Of a stretch of 61,573 nt of DNA, positions 45,171 through 54,681 are shown piece by piece. The position numbers were made by a program, and so were the translations under genes. This DNA is from Chloroflexia bacterium (GTDB taxonomy: Bacteria; Chloroflexota; Chloroflexia; QHBQ01; JAICKM01). A model generated the notes under the pieces. The model did no database searches and was not told the DNA's origin. It worked only from the letters and a program-made list of their open reading frames with translations. The stretch is taken from positions 1-61,573 of the forward strand of contig DASSGZ010000649.1 in NCBI GenBank assembly GCA_035693165.1, written 5' to 3'. Each line of letters starts with the position of its first letter. Position 1 is the first letter of the stretch.

Positions 45171-45620
45171 TTGGAACGTACGCTTATTATCCTGAAACCC
45201 GACGCCGTGCAGCGGGGCCTGGCCGGCGAGATCCTGAACCGGCTGGAGCGCCGGGGCTTGAAGATCGCCGGCATGAAGATGATGCAGGTCAGCCCCGAAC
45301 TGGCGAAAGAACACTATGCCGAGCATGTCGGCAAGCCCTTCTATAACGGCCTGATCGAGTATATCACCTCCTCGCCGGTGGTCGTGCTGGTGCTGGAGGG
45401 CAAGAACGCCGTCGCCATTTCGCGCAGCACCATCGGCGCCACCAATCCGGCCAACGCCGCCCCCGGCACCATCCGCGCCGACCTGGCCGTCGAGACGGGC
45501 CGCAACCTCATCCACGGGTCTGCCGACCCGGAAGCCGCCGCCCGCGAAGTGAGCCTCTGGTTCAAGGACGACGAACTGACCTCGTGGCCGCGCGATACCG
45601 ACCGCTGGATCCAGGAGTAA
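45171..45620 (+). CDS. ndk: Nucleoside diphosphate kinase
   Basis: ERTLIILKPDAVQRGL...NLIHGSAD. TTG start behind GAAGGAG. Confidence 0.93.
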   Translation: MERTLIILKPDAVQRGLAGEILNRLERRGLKIAGMKMMQVSPELAKEHYAEHVGKPFYNGLIEYITSSPVVVLVLEGKNAVAISRSTIGATNPANAAPGTIRADLAVETGRNLIHGSADPEAAAREVSLWFKDDELTSWPRDTDRWIQE

Positions 45621-45630
45621 GCCCGCCCCG

Positions 45631-47832
45631 GTGACCACGAACTCTGTGCCGGCCCCGCCCGCGGGAGAGACCCTCGTGGCGCGGGGCCGGCGCGCCGCAC
45701 TTGCTCGCCTGTCCCCCCGCACGCATCCGGACCTGTTCATCGCCGCCGGCATCTTTGCCGCGGCGCTGCTGGCGCGCGCCTGGGGCGTCCAGTGGTCCCT
45801 GCCCTACGTGGGCCATGTGGACGAGCCGAAGATCGTCGACTCGGGCGTGCAGATCGTCAAGACGGGCGATCTGAATCCCCACCTGTTCATCTGGCCGTCA
45901 TTGGTCATCTACATCCAGGCGCTGATCTACAAGCTCAATCTACTGTGGGGCACCTGGCGCGGCTACTACGTGGGGCCGCAGTCGCTGCCCGACCAGAACC
46001 ACATCTTCGCCCTGGCGCCCGGCCTCTACCTCTGGGGGCGCACCTTCAGCGCGCTGGTGGGCGCCGCCGCCGTGACCGGTTGCTTCGCGCTGGGCCGGGC
46101 CATGTTCGGGCGCGCGGCAGGCATCCTGGCGGCCTTCCTGCTGCTGACCTCGCCGCTGCACGTCGAATACTCGCACTACCTTGTCACCGACGTGACGGTA
46201 GGCGCCTGCGGGTTGCTGGCGCTGGCCCTCGCCTGGCGGCTGGCGACGCACCCCGGTCGCCGCGTCGCCCTGCTGGCCGGGGCCGCCGTGGGCCTCTGCA
46301 CGGCGGCCAAATACAACGGCCTCTATATCGCCCTGCCGGTGGGCATCGCCTGGCTGCTGGCCTGGCGGCGGCTCCATCGCGGCGATCCCCGCCCGGCCAC
46401 GAGCGGGCGCTGGCTGCTCGTCGCGCTGGGCATGGTAGTCGCCGCCGCCGCCGTCTTCCTGATCACCAACCCCTACGTGATCCTCGACTGGACCCACTGG
46501 TCGCGCGGCTTCGTCTTCCAGGTCAACGCCTACCTGCCCGCGAACACCGTGGGCCAGATCGCCACGGCCTTCGGCAAACAGGTGGACGCCCTCTGGACCA
46601 CCGATACGGCCCTGCTGGCGGCGGGGCTGGCCGGCAGCCTGGTGCTGCTGGTCGAGGCGATCCGCCAGCGGCGCAGCAATGCGAATCTGGTGCGCGCCGC
46701 CTGGCTGCTGCTGCCCTTCCCGCTCGCCTACACGCTCGCCATGAGCCGCTTCACCGAGATCTTCGAGCGCAACCTGATCATCACCCTGCCCTTTGTCTGC
46801 CTCGCCTTCGGCTACGGCGCCGCCCGCGTGGCGGAGGTCGTCGCGCCGCGCCTGCCGTCGCGGGCGCGGGTCGCATGGGCGGTGCCCGCCGTGGCCGCCA
46901 TCCTGGGACTGCTGGTGGTCGCGGAACCCGCCCGCCGGGTGTTCAATTTTGACGAGTATATGGGCAAGACCGAGAGCCGCAACGCCGCCTGGGCCTGGCT
47001 GCAGGGCGAGCTGCGCGCCGGGCACCGCGCCGCGGTGGAGTTGCACACGCTGCAAACCTGTGCGCCGCCGCCCTGGAATTGCCCCGCGCCCGATGTCCTG
47101 GCGCCCAATACCCCGCTCACCGAGCACCCGCCGATCTGGTACGCCAACCACGGCTACGATTATGTGCTGCTCGTCGGGCAGGAGATCGCTTACGTGGGCA
47201 ACCCCGACAAGGAGGGTCGCCGCCCGCCCGCCCAACTGGCGCCCTACCTGGCCTTGCCCGAAGTGCGCCGCTTTGCCGGGGACGCCGAGAACGGCAAAGG
47301 CCCAACCGTCCGCGTGCTACGCGTGCTCGATAGCCTGCAGACGATCCTGGGCGTGACCCCCAGCGGGGCGCACTTCGGCCCGGTCGCCGAACTGTGGGGC
47401 TACAACCTCGCGCCGCTGCCCACGGCGGGCGTCGCCTACGACCCATCCGCCGCGCCGCCGCCGGCCAAGGCCTACCGGCCCGGCGCCGCCGCCGGGGTCA
47501 CGCTCTACTGGCGCGCGCTGCCCGGCGCGGCCACCACGCCGGGCAACTGGACCGTGGCGCTGCACCTGAACGACCGCACCGGCAAAACGGTTGCCCAGGT
47601 CGATGTGCAGCCCATCAGCAGCGGCCATATCCGCCCCGTCAGCGACTGGTACGCCAACGAGTTCCTGGTCGGGGCCTATAACATCCCCCTGCCCCCGACG
47701 CTGGCCCCCGGCGCCTACAACCTGACCCTGGCGCTCTACAACGCCCCCACCGGCCCCGGTCTCCCGGTGGAGCAGACCGGCCAGGCCCCGGCCCCCGTCC
47801 TCGACCTCGGCACGATCCAGGTCACACCGTAG
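45631..47832 (+). CDS. GT-C fold membrane glycosyltransferase, family 39 (PMT/ArnT-like), with a ~250-aa C-terminal soluble domain
   Basis: About 11 TM spans. Acidic VDEPK in the first loop after TM1. GTG start 10 nt after ndk. Confidence 0.65.
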   Translation: MTTNSVPAPPAGETLVARGRRAALARLSPRTHPDLFIAAGIFAAALLARAWGVQWSLPYVGHVDEPKIVDSGVQIVKTGDLNPHLFIWPSLVIYIQALIYKLNLLWGTWRGYYVGPQSLPDQNHIFALAPGLYLWGRTFSALVGAAAVTGCFALGRAMFGRAAGILAAFLLLTSPLHVEYSHYLVTDVTVGACGLLALALAWRLATHPGRRVALLAGAAVGLCTAAKYNGLYIALPVGIAWLLAWRRLHRGDPRPATSGRWLLVALGMVVAAAAVFLITNPYVILDWTHWSRGFVFQVNAYLPANTVGQIATAFGKQVDALWTTDTALLAAGLAGSLVLLVEAIRQRRSNANLVRAAWLLLPFPLAYTLAMSRFTEIFERNLIITLPFVCLAFGYGAARVAEVVAPRLPSRARVAWAVPAVAAILGLLVVAEPARRVFNFDEYMGKTESRNAAWAWLQGELRAGHRAAVELHTLQTCAPPPWNCPAPDVLAPNTPLTEHPPIWYANHGYDYVLLVGQEIAYVGNPDKEGRRPPAQLAPYLALPEVRRFAGDAENGKGPTVRVLRVLDSLQTILGVTPSGAHFGPVAELWGYNLAPLPTAGVAYDPSAAPPPAKAYRPGAAAGVTLYWRALPGAATTPGNWTVALHLNDRTGKTVAQVDVQPISSGHIRPVSDWYANEFLVGAYNIPLPPTLAPGAYNLTLALYNAPTGPGLPVEQTGQAPAPVLDLGTIQVTP

Positions 47833-47899
47833 CCGGGCGCCTGGATCTGTAGGGTTGCGCGTATTATCGTGGCGTTACCCCGGAGATCGGGGTAAGAGG

Positions 47900-48004
47900 G
47901 GCAGGCGCGATCAATCGCGCCGCTACGCACGAGGCGTATCACTCTGCGCCACCGGGCCGTTATCTAGGCATATTTCGTAGCGGCGCGATTGATCGCGCCT
48001 GCCG
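47900..48004. repeat. Perfect 28-bp inverted repeat (GGCAGGCGCGATCAATCGCGCCGCTACG / complement) around a 49-nt spacer; family F5
   Basis: Arms at 47900-47927 and 47977-48004. Each arm contains its own GCGCGA-TCAA-TCGCGC hairpin. Confidence 0.9.
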
Positions 48005-48045
48005 CCTCACCGGGATGCTGGGATTGCATCCCACAGGAGGGTCGG

Positions 48046-48255
48046 ATGAACCAGCCTCCGCAACTCACCGCGATTATTGAGCGCCAGGACAACGCCTACA
48101 TTGCGCTATGCCCGGAACTCGATATCGCCAGCCAGGGTGACACGGTTGAGGAAGCGCGCCGTAATCTCGCCGAAGCGCTGGAGTTGTTCTTTGCGGTTGC
48201 CGATGCTGGCGAAGTGGCGCTCCGGCTGGGAGCGCATCCCCTTGAGGGTGAATGA
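48046..48255 (+). CDS. hicB: HicB-family (UPF0150) antitoxin-like protein, 69 aa
   Basis: LTAIIERQDNAYIALCPELDIASQGDTVEEARRNLAEALELFF. ATG behind AGGAGGG. Confidence 0.75.
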   Translation: MNQPPQLTAIIERQDNAYIALCPELDIASQGDTVEEARRNLAEALELFFAVADAGEVALRLGAHPLEGE

Positions 48256-48276
48256 GTATCGCTTTCTGGTCTTCCT

Positions 48277-48352
48277 TGTCATGCTGAACGTAGTGAAGCA
48301 TCTCGTCTTGTACCCCGACGGGACGAGACTCTTCGCTGCGCTCAGAGTGACA
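48277..48352. repeat. Inverted pair of F3 units (TGTCATGCTGAACGTAGTGAAGCATCTCGTC / GACGAGACTCTTCGCTGCGCTCAGAGTGACA)
   Basis: 31-bp imperfect arms with a 14-nt loop. Confidence 0.85.
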
Positions 48353-48430
48353 AGGGCCACTCCCAGCCGTTCTGAGCCTGCGCCGGTCAGGCCGCAGTAG
48401 CCCGTCGATTCCAACACGACAATAGAGAGG

Positions 48431-48451
48431 CCGCACCCGGAACGGGTGCGG
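48431..48451 (-). terminator. Hairpin (CCGCACCC-GGAAC-GGGTGCGG) followed by a U-rich tract on the minus strand, downstream of the S8 protease gene
   Basis: 8-bp stem. The minus strand continues UCUCUAUUGUCGUGUU. Confidence 0.5.
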
Positions 48452-48508
48452 TCTCGTCGTTGGCCGGCTGGGGCGGAGCGGCGCGCAAGGCGCCGCCCCG
48501 CCGGGGCG

Positions 48509-50935
48509 TTACGGGTTGCGGAGCGCAGCCTGGCTGGGCGCGCAGTTCAGCGGGAAGAAGGTTTGCGAGGCTACCTTGCTCACCTGCCCGCGGGTGATGT
48601 TGGCGTTGGGCCGGTAGTAGACTCCTGGGCAGGGCTCGCCGGGGCCGCCGCAGGTGTAGCCGCTGATCACGCCGTGCAGCGACAGCCGCTCGATGAACAC
48701 ATAGAACGGGTTGGCCGCGGGCACGTCGGCGAACGTCTGGCCGCTGGGCGTCTCGTTATAGCCGGCGGCGTTGGCGTCGATCTTGGCGAGCTGGCCGCGC
48801 GTCACCGGCAGTTCCCAGCGGAAGCAGGGCACGCCCGACGGGCAGTTGGCCGCCGTATCGTAGCCGCTGATCGCCCCCGTCGCCGCCAGTCGCTCGATGT
48901 AGACGTAGAACGGGTTGCTGGCGGGCACGTCGGTGAACGTCTGGCCGCTGACGGCCGCGTTCAGCCCCGCGGAGTTGGCGATGATCTTCGACACCTGGCC
49001 GCGGGTCACGTCCACGCCCCAGCGGAAGGTGTTGTCGCTATAGCCGCTGATGATGCCCCGGCAGTAGAGACACTGGATGTACTGGTAGAACGGGTTGAAG
49101 GAGTCCACGTCGGTGAACGGCAGCGGGCAGTTCACCGGGGTGGCCGTGGCGGCGGGCGCGGTCGGGGTGGCCGTCGCACCGGCCGGCGGCGTAACCGTCG
49201 GCGGAGCCGGGGTGGTCGTCGCCGCGACGCCGGTGGGCGTCTCCGTCGCGGTCGCCGGCAGCGCGGTCGCGGTCGCCGGCGGCACGGTGACCGTCGGTGG
49301 GACGGCGGTATGGGTGGCCGTCGGCGGCACGGCGGTGGCCGTGGCCGTGGCGGTCGGCGGAGTGCCGGTCACAGTCGGCGTGGGGGTGGCGGCACCGTTG
49401 ACGGCGGCCAGCGCGTCGATCCGCCCGTAGCCAAAGTGGTTGTTCGGGATCGTGGTGTAGGGAATACCGCCGCAGGACGTGGCGCCCGTCGTAACCAGCA
49501 CGGTCGGGTTCGCCGTCTGCTCCAGCAGCGCCTTCGTGGCGGCGATCTGGCGCACCAGATCGGGCCGGGCCGACCAGAGCAGGGCCACCACGCCGACGAC
49601 GTGCGGCCCGGCCATCGAGGTGCCCGACAGGCTGGCGTAGCTCGTCGTGCCCGAGTAGTAGGCGGAGCGCACATTCACGCCGGGCGCCGAAATGTCGGGC
49701 TTGCGCCGGTTGGAACCGTCTACCGTCACCGGGCCGCGGCTGCTGAAGCTCGCCAGGGTGTTGCTGCTGTTGTAGGCACCGGTGCTGAACGCCGCGCTGT
49801 AGATGGCGGGCGGATCGCTGACGGAGGAGCAGGAACTGCCGCTGTTACCCGCCGACGCCTCGACGAAGATGCCGGACGCCTCCGTACTTTCGACGATCGT
49901 CTGTAGGGTCGTGGCCGCGCACCCCTCACTGGTGGGGCAACCCCAACTGTTGTTCATCACATGCGGGCGCCGGGCCGGGTCCGGGTTTTGACCGTTCAGA
50001 TCGTATGGTGCTATGAAGAACTGGAAACACTCGGTATACGTGGCCGGGGTGCCGTTGCCCTGGTCCATGTTGCGGCAGCCGATCCACTTGGCGCCGGGGG
50101 CCACGCCGATCTGATTCCCGCCACCGTCGTCGCCGATCACGGTGCCGGTGGTATGGGTGCCGTGCCCGTCATCGTCGCAGGGGAACGGCGAGTTGGCGCC
50201 GCAGATGCCCCCGCCGCTGTGGACGGAGTCATGCCAGTTGTAGTTGTGGTCGGCGGTGGTGCCGTTCCAGCCGCGATAATGGCCCTTGAGGGCCGCGTGG
50301 TCCCAGAGCATGCCGGTGTCCTGGTTGGCGATAACGATGCCTTGGCCGGTATAACCCAGCGCCCAGACCGCCGGCGCGTTCACATTCGCCACGCCCCACT
50401 CGACCGCGCCCGGCACCGCCGGGGCCGTGCTCTCGCCCTGCGGCGCGCGCACCGGGTCGCTGATGCCGGCGAAGGGCGCGTTGGACTCGATGGCGCGCAC
50501 ATCGTCGCGCGCGGCCAGCGCGTCGATCAGGGCGCGGTCGCCGGTGGTCATAATGACGTTCGCCACCCAGAACGACTGGTAGGTGCGGCCCTGGGCGCGC
50601 AGGAACGCCTGGAGCGGGCCCTGCGTGCGCGCCGCCGTGTCGCGCAGGGTGTTATAGACAAACCAGCCGCGCGCATCCTGGTCGCGCATGTTGTACGCGC
50701 TGCTCAGGTCGGCCTGCTCGGCCAGCAGAATCACGATCGGGGCGCTGGCGCCGTTCGCGGTGGCGCGCAACACCTCGGGGGCAATCGTGACCGGCCCGCG
50801 CGCCGCGGGCGCCACCTGGCCGGCGGCCAGGCCCGGCGAAATCATGCCGGCCAGATCGAACACGGACAGCGCCAGCAAGGCCGTCAGCGCCCACGCGGCG
50901 AATGCCCGCCGCCGGAGTCGTAGGGGTCCCTTCAT
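48509..50935 (-). CDS. Secreted subtilisin-family (S8) serine protease with I9-like propeptide, Thr/Pro linker and three C-terminal SLH domains
   Basis: Catalytic motifs NQDTG, HGTHTTG, SGTSMAGPH. The SLH cassette is almost identical to paralogs A-C. Start moved to MKGPLRLRRRAF behind GGAAGGAG. Confidence 0.9.
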   Translation of the reverse strand: MKGPLRLRRRAFAAWALTALLALSVFDLAGMISPGLAAGQVAPAARGPVTIAPEVLRATANGASAPIVILLAEQADLSSAYNMRDQDARGWFVYNTLRDTAARTQGPLQAFLRAQGRTYQSFWVANVIMTTGDRALIDALAARDDVRAIESNAPFAGISDPVRAPQGESTAPAVPGAVEWGVANVNAPAVWALGYTGQGIVIANQDTGMLWDHAALKGHYRGWNGTTADHNYNWHDSVHSGGGICGANSPFPCDDDGHGTHTTGTVIGDDGGGNQIGVAPGAKWIGCRNMDQGNGTPATYTECFQFFIAPYDLNGQNPDPARRPHVMNNSWGCPTSEGCAATTLQTIVESTEASGIFVEASAGNSGSSCSSVSDPPAIYSAAFSTGAYNSSNTLASFSSRGPVTVDGSNRRKPDISAPGVNVRSAYYSGTTSYASLSGTSMAGPHVVGVVALLWSARPDLVRQIAATKALLEQTANPTVLVTTGATSCGGIPYTTIPNNHFGYGRIDALAAVNGAATPTPTVTGTPPTATATATAVPPTATHTAVPPTVTVPPATATALPATATETPTGVAATTTPAPPTVTPPAGATATPTAPAATATPVNCPLPFTDVDSFNPFYQYIQCLYCRGIISGYSDNTFRWGVDVTRGQVSKIIANSAGLNAAVSGQTFTDVPASNPFYVYIERLAATGAISGYDTAANCPSGVPCFRWELPVTRGQLAKIDANAAGYNETPSGQTFADVPAANPFYVFIERLSLHGVISGYTCGGPGEPCPGVYYRPNANITRGQVSKVASQTFFPLNCAPSQAALRNP

Positions 50936-51059
50936 TACGGTTTGTGTTACTCCTTCCCTGTGATAAAACCGGAACCGATAGATCGCCGCACAACGGGGAT
51001 TTAGGGCTGTCCCGAATGGGCCGCGGCAGGCAGACAAACTGCGCGGGACATAGGCGCAT

Positions 51060-51087
51060 ATTATATGAAATACCCTGCACCTGTCAA
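51060..51087 (-). promoter_or_regulatory. Consensus promoter TTGACA, 16 nt, TATAAT for the S8 protease gene
   Basis: The minus strand reads TTGACAggtgcagggtatttcaTATAAT. Confidence 0.6.
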
Positions 51088-51150
51088 ATGTCGGGCTCGG
51101 CCTGGCGGTCCCTGGCCGGAATTGTCGGGAATTGGGACAAAATCACCATC

Positions 51151-51179
51151 TTGACAGGCGTATATAAAGGGTATATCAT
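51151..51179 (+). promoter_or_regulatory. Promoter TTGACA, 17 nt, TATCAT for rny (~200-nt leader)
   Basis: Read directly: TTGACAggcgtatataaagggtaTATCAT. Confidence 0.6.
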
Positions 51180-51384
51180 GGTAGCCAAATCATGCTGCCA
51201 CACCTTACCATCGGCGTGGCGGCAACGGGTTCGCATGTAGTCAGGGCCGGCACCCCAGGCAGCCGCCGGTTTGCCTGCCGGGCACGTATCCAGCGGATAC
51301 GCCGTTCGGGACCGGACGCGGTCCTGCTTCGTTATCACCGCCTTAGTCCATCGAACCTTAAAAACTGCATAGGAGGAGTAACAG

Positions 51385-52959
51385 ATGCCAGATCTCATCT
51401 GGTGGGGTATCACCGTGTTACTGCTGGTGGTGGAAGCCATCGGGATAGCGGTCTACCTCACCCGAAAGACGGCGGCCGCGACGCAGCAACAGATCGCTCT
51501 CGTCGAAAAAGACGCGGCCGGCCGCATCCGCCAGGCACAAGAGGAGACCCAACGCGCCCAGGAAGACGCAAAGACCCGGCAAAAAGAGATGGTGCTGCAA
51601 GCGCAGGAAGAGCGACTACGCATGCGCACCGAGATCGAAGCCGAGTTCCGCGACCAGCGAGTCCAGCTCCAGACCATGGAGCAGCGGCTCCAGCGCAAGG
51701 AAGAAACGCTCGACCGCAAGATCGAGGCGCTGGATAGCCGGGAACGCAAGATCCAGGCGCGGGAGAAAGAAAGCGAGCAAGTCAAAGCGCAGCTCGAAAA
51801 CGCCCAGCAAGAACAGCAACGCACCCTGGAACGCATCGCCGGGATGTCCGCCGAGGAGGCGGCCGCCCGCCTGATGCAGCAGGTCGAGCAAGAAGTCGCG
51901 CAAGATGTCGCTCGCCGCGCACGGGAACTTGAGCTACAACTCAAGGAAGAAGCCGATATCCGGGCGCGCAAGGTTATCTCCATTGCCATTGCGCGCGCAG
52001 CGTCGGACTATGTGCCCGAAATCACCGTCACGACGGTCCCGCTGCCGAACGAAGAAATGAAAGGCCGCATCATCGGCCGGGAGGGGCGCAACATCCGCGC
52101 CATCGAACGGGCCACCGGGGTCGACCTGATCATCGATGAAACACCAGAATCCATCACGTTGTCGGCCTTCGACCCGGTGCGCCGGGAAGTTGCCCGGCGC
52201 ACCCTGCAAAAACTGATCGCCGACGGGCGCATCCACCCCGCGCGCGTCGAAGAAGTGGTCGCCAAAGTCCAGCAGGAGATGGATGTCCATATCCGCGAAG
52301 AAGGCGAACGGGCGGCCTACGAGGCCAATGTCCAGGGCCTGCACCCGGATCTGATCAAACTGCTGGGCCGGCTTTCCTTCCGGACCAGCTACGGCCAGAA
52401 CCAGTTGCACCACGCCATCGAGTCGTCGCGCATCGCCGCGGCGATTGCCGCGGAAATCGGGGCGGATATCAACGTCGCCAAAACGGCTACGCTGCTCCAC
52501 GATATCGGCAAGGCCGTCGACCACGAGGTCGAGGGACCGCACGCCTTAATCGGGGCCGATATCGCCCGGCGGTTGGGCCGGTCACAGAAAATCGTGCACG
52601 CCATCGCCGCCCACCACTCCGAGGAAGAGCCGCAAACGGTCGAAGCCTGGATCGTCCAGGCCGCCGATGCGCTCTCCGGGGGCCGGCCCGGCGCCCGCCG
52701 CGACAGTGTGGAACACTACACCAAGCGGCTCGAAGCGCTGGAGGGGGTCGCCAATTCGTTCGAGGGAGTCGAGCGGTCGTATGCGATCCAGGCCGGACGC
52801 GAAGTCCGCATCCTGGTCAAACCCGATCGTATCGACGATCTCGGCGCGATGCGCCTGGCCCGCGACATCGTGAAGAAGATCGAGGAAACCCTTGAATATC
52901 CCGGTCAAATCAAAGTGACTGTTATCCGCGAGACACGGGCCGTCGACTTTGCCAAGTAA
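51385..52959 (+). CDS. rny: Ribonuclease Y
   Basis: N-terminal TM, long charged coiled region, KH ([23 protein letters not shown]) and HD ([12 protein letters not shown]) domains. Confidence 0.93.
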   Translation: MPDLIWWGITVLLLVVEAIGIAVYLTRKTAAATQQQIALVEKDAAGRIRQAQEETQRAQEDAKTRQKEMVLQAQEERLRMRTEIEAEFRDQRVQLQTMEQRLQRKEETLDRKIEALDSRERKIQAREKESEQVKAQLENAQQEQQRTLERIAGMSAEEAAARLMQQVEQEVAQDVARRARELELQLKEEADIRARKVISIAIARAASDYVPEITVTTVPLPNEEMKGRIIGREGRNIRAIERATGVDLIIDETPESITLSAFDPVRREVARRTLQKLIADGRIHPARVEEVVAKVQQEMDVHIREEGERAAYEANVQGLHPDLIKLLGRLSFRTSYGQNQLHHAIESSRIAAAIAAEIGADINVAKTATLLHDIGKAVDHEVEGPHALIGADIARRLGRSQKIVHAIAAHHSEEEPQTVEAWIVQAADALSGGRPGARRDSVEHYTKRLEALEGVANSFEGVERSYAIQAGREVRILVKPDRIDDLGAMRLARDIVKKIEETLEYPGQIKVTVIRETRAVDFAK

Positions 52960-53209
52960 CCCGGCTCCGGTTTCGGCTACTCTCCGCCGCCGCCCCTGCG
53001 GTCGGGGCGCGGTGGCGGAGGGGGGTTCAGGGGTCCGCCGTAGGAGGCCGGCACACCCCATCAGTACACCAGGGCACCCGCCATCGACCAGTGAACTGCG
53101 CGTTAACCTCTTCTTCGTTTCCCCGCCCCCACCGGCTGCCGCCGCGTGGGTTGTATCCACCACCGGCGGGCCGGCACTGACCGGCTGTGCAAAGGAGCAG
53201 TGTAAATCT

Positions 53210-53689
53210 ATGGGCCGTATCTACGATGACCTCAACCTCAAAGACATCAAGATCGAACCCGGTGTTCGTTTCCCTCCCGAACCCGACACCGAAAGCCGGA
53301 GGGCCTCGACACTCAAGCTGGAGACTCCTATGGACCGGACCCACGAGACCCTGCGCGCCGTCCCCCTGCAGCCCCTGCATAGTGCGCCCAGCCTGGATGG
53401 CGCCCTGGAAGCCCCCGACGAGGGGGAAGAAGTCTTAAAGGTATCCGCGCATTCGCGCCCCAGCGCCGTGGCCGGCGCCATCGCCGGGGTCGTCCGCCAC
53501 GCCGGCCGGGCCGAGGTGCAGGCGATCGGGGCGGGCGCCACCAACCAGGCGATCAAAGCAGTCGCGATTGCCCGTGATTATCTGACCCCCGACGGCATCG
53601 ACATCGTCTGCGTGCCGGCGTTCATCGACGTCACCATCGCGAACGAAGAGCGGACCGCCATTCGCCTGGTGATCGAGCGGCGCGGCTAA
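53210..53689 (+). CDS. spoVS: SpoVS-family protein with an N-terminal extension
   Basis: LKVSAHSRPSAVAGAIAGVV...AIGAGATNQAIKAVAIARDYL...VCVPAFIDV..EERTAIRLVIE. No in-frame ATG/GTG/TTG lies closer than MDRTHE (53330), so the extension is at least 35 aa. Confidence 0.8.
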   Translation: MGRIYDDLNLKDIKIEPGVRFPPEPDTESRRASTLKLETPMDRTHETLRAVPLQPLHSAPSLDGALEAPDEGEEVLKVSAHSRPSAVAGAIAGVVRHAGRAEVQAIGAGATNQAIKAVAIARDYLTPDGIDIVCVPAFIDVTIANEERTAIRLVIERRG

Positions 53690-53829
53690 GCCCCGCATCG
53701 CACCCACCCGGATCCCGTGTACCGGTATAGTGCCTCCTGTGCCGGTCGCCGGATCCTGAGTAAACCCCGCCCTTGCGGTCTCCCCGCCAGGCCGGGGTTT
53801 TTGTTTTGCCGCTAGCCGAAAGGATTCTC

Positions 53830-54681
53830 ATGGGCAAACTCGATCTGCATACCCACACGACCGCTTCCGATGGGCGCCTGGCGCCCGCCGCGCTGGTAGC
53901 CCTGGCGGGCCAGGTCGACGTCACCACCCTCGCCATCACCGACCACGACACGACGGATGGCCTGGCCGAAGCCCGCGCGGCGGCCGGCGCGGCGGGGGTC
54001 GAGATCATCACCGGCATCGAGTTCGGCTGCGATATGCCGCACGGCGAGGTCCACATGCTCGGCTACCTGTTTGACGCCACGCACCCGGCGCTGCGGGCGC
54101 GCCTGGCCTGGCTGCGCGAGGGCCGCGTCGAGCGCGGGCGGGCGATGGTCGCCAAGCTCAACGCCCTGGGGCTGCCGATCCGCTGGGAGCGCGTGCAGGC
54201 GATCGCCGGCGCCGGCTCGGTGGGCCGGCCCCATGTGGCCCAGGCGCTGATCGAGGCCGGGGTGGTCGCCGACACCAACGAGGCGTTCAGCCGCTACCTG
54301 GCCTGGGGCGGCCCGGCCTATGTGCCCCGCCGCCGCCTCACCCCGCCCGATGTGATCGCCCTGATCCGCGAGGCGGGCGGCGTCGTCTCGCTGGCCCACC
54401 CGGCGCACATCCCCGATCTCGAAGCCCAGCTCGCGCCCCTGGCCGCAGCCGGGTTGGCCGGGCTGGAAACCTACTACGGTGAATACGATGCCCCGACCGT
54501 CACCTGGCTGGCCGGGCTGGCCGCGCGCTTCAACCTGGTGCCCACCGGCGGCAGCGACTACCATGCCCGCGAAATCAAGGACCACGCCATGCTCGGCGCC
54601 GGCCCGCCCGTGCCGCTCGACACCGTCGCCCGCCTGCGCGAACGCTTGCCGGCAGCCGCCATCCCGGAGGCCCAGCCATGA
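53830..54681 (+). CDS. PHP-domain metal-dependent phosphoesterase (TrpH/YciV-like)
   Basis: MGKLDLHTHTTASDG...AITDHDT...SLAHP...GGSDYH. Confidence 0.85.
   Translation: MGKLDLHTHTTASDGRLAPAALVALAGQVDVTTLAITDHDTTDGLAEARAAAGAAGVEIITGIEFGCDMPHGEVHMLGYLFDATHPALRARLAWLREGRVERGRAMVAKLNALGLPIRWERVQAIAGAGSVGRPHVAQALIEAGVVADTNEAFSRYLAWGGPAYVPRRRLTPPDVIALIREAGGVVSLAHPAHIPDLEAQLAPLAAAGLAGLETYYGEYDAPTVTWLAGLAARFNLVPTGGSDYHAREIKDHAMLGAGPPVPLDTVARLRERLPAAAIPEAQP

Noticed and set aside
45171-45620. ndk as direct evidence that a GTPase belongs to the cluster.
   Set aside because: ndk is a universal housekeeping gene, so adjacency alone is weak. I kept it only as context in the cluster finding.
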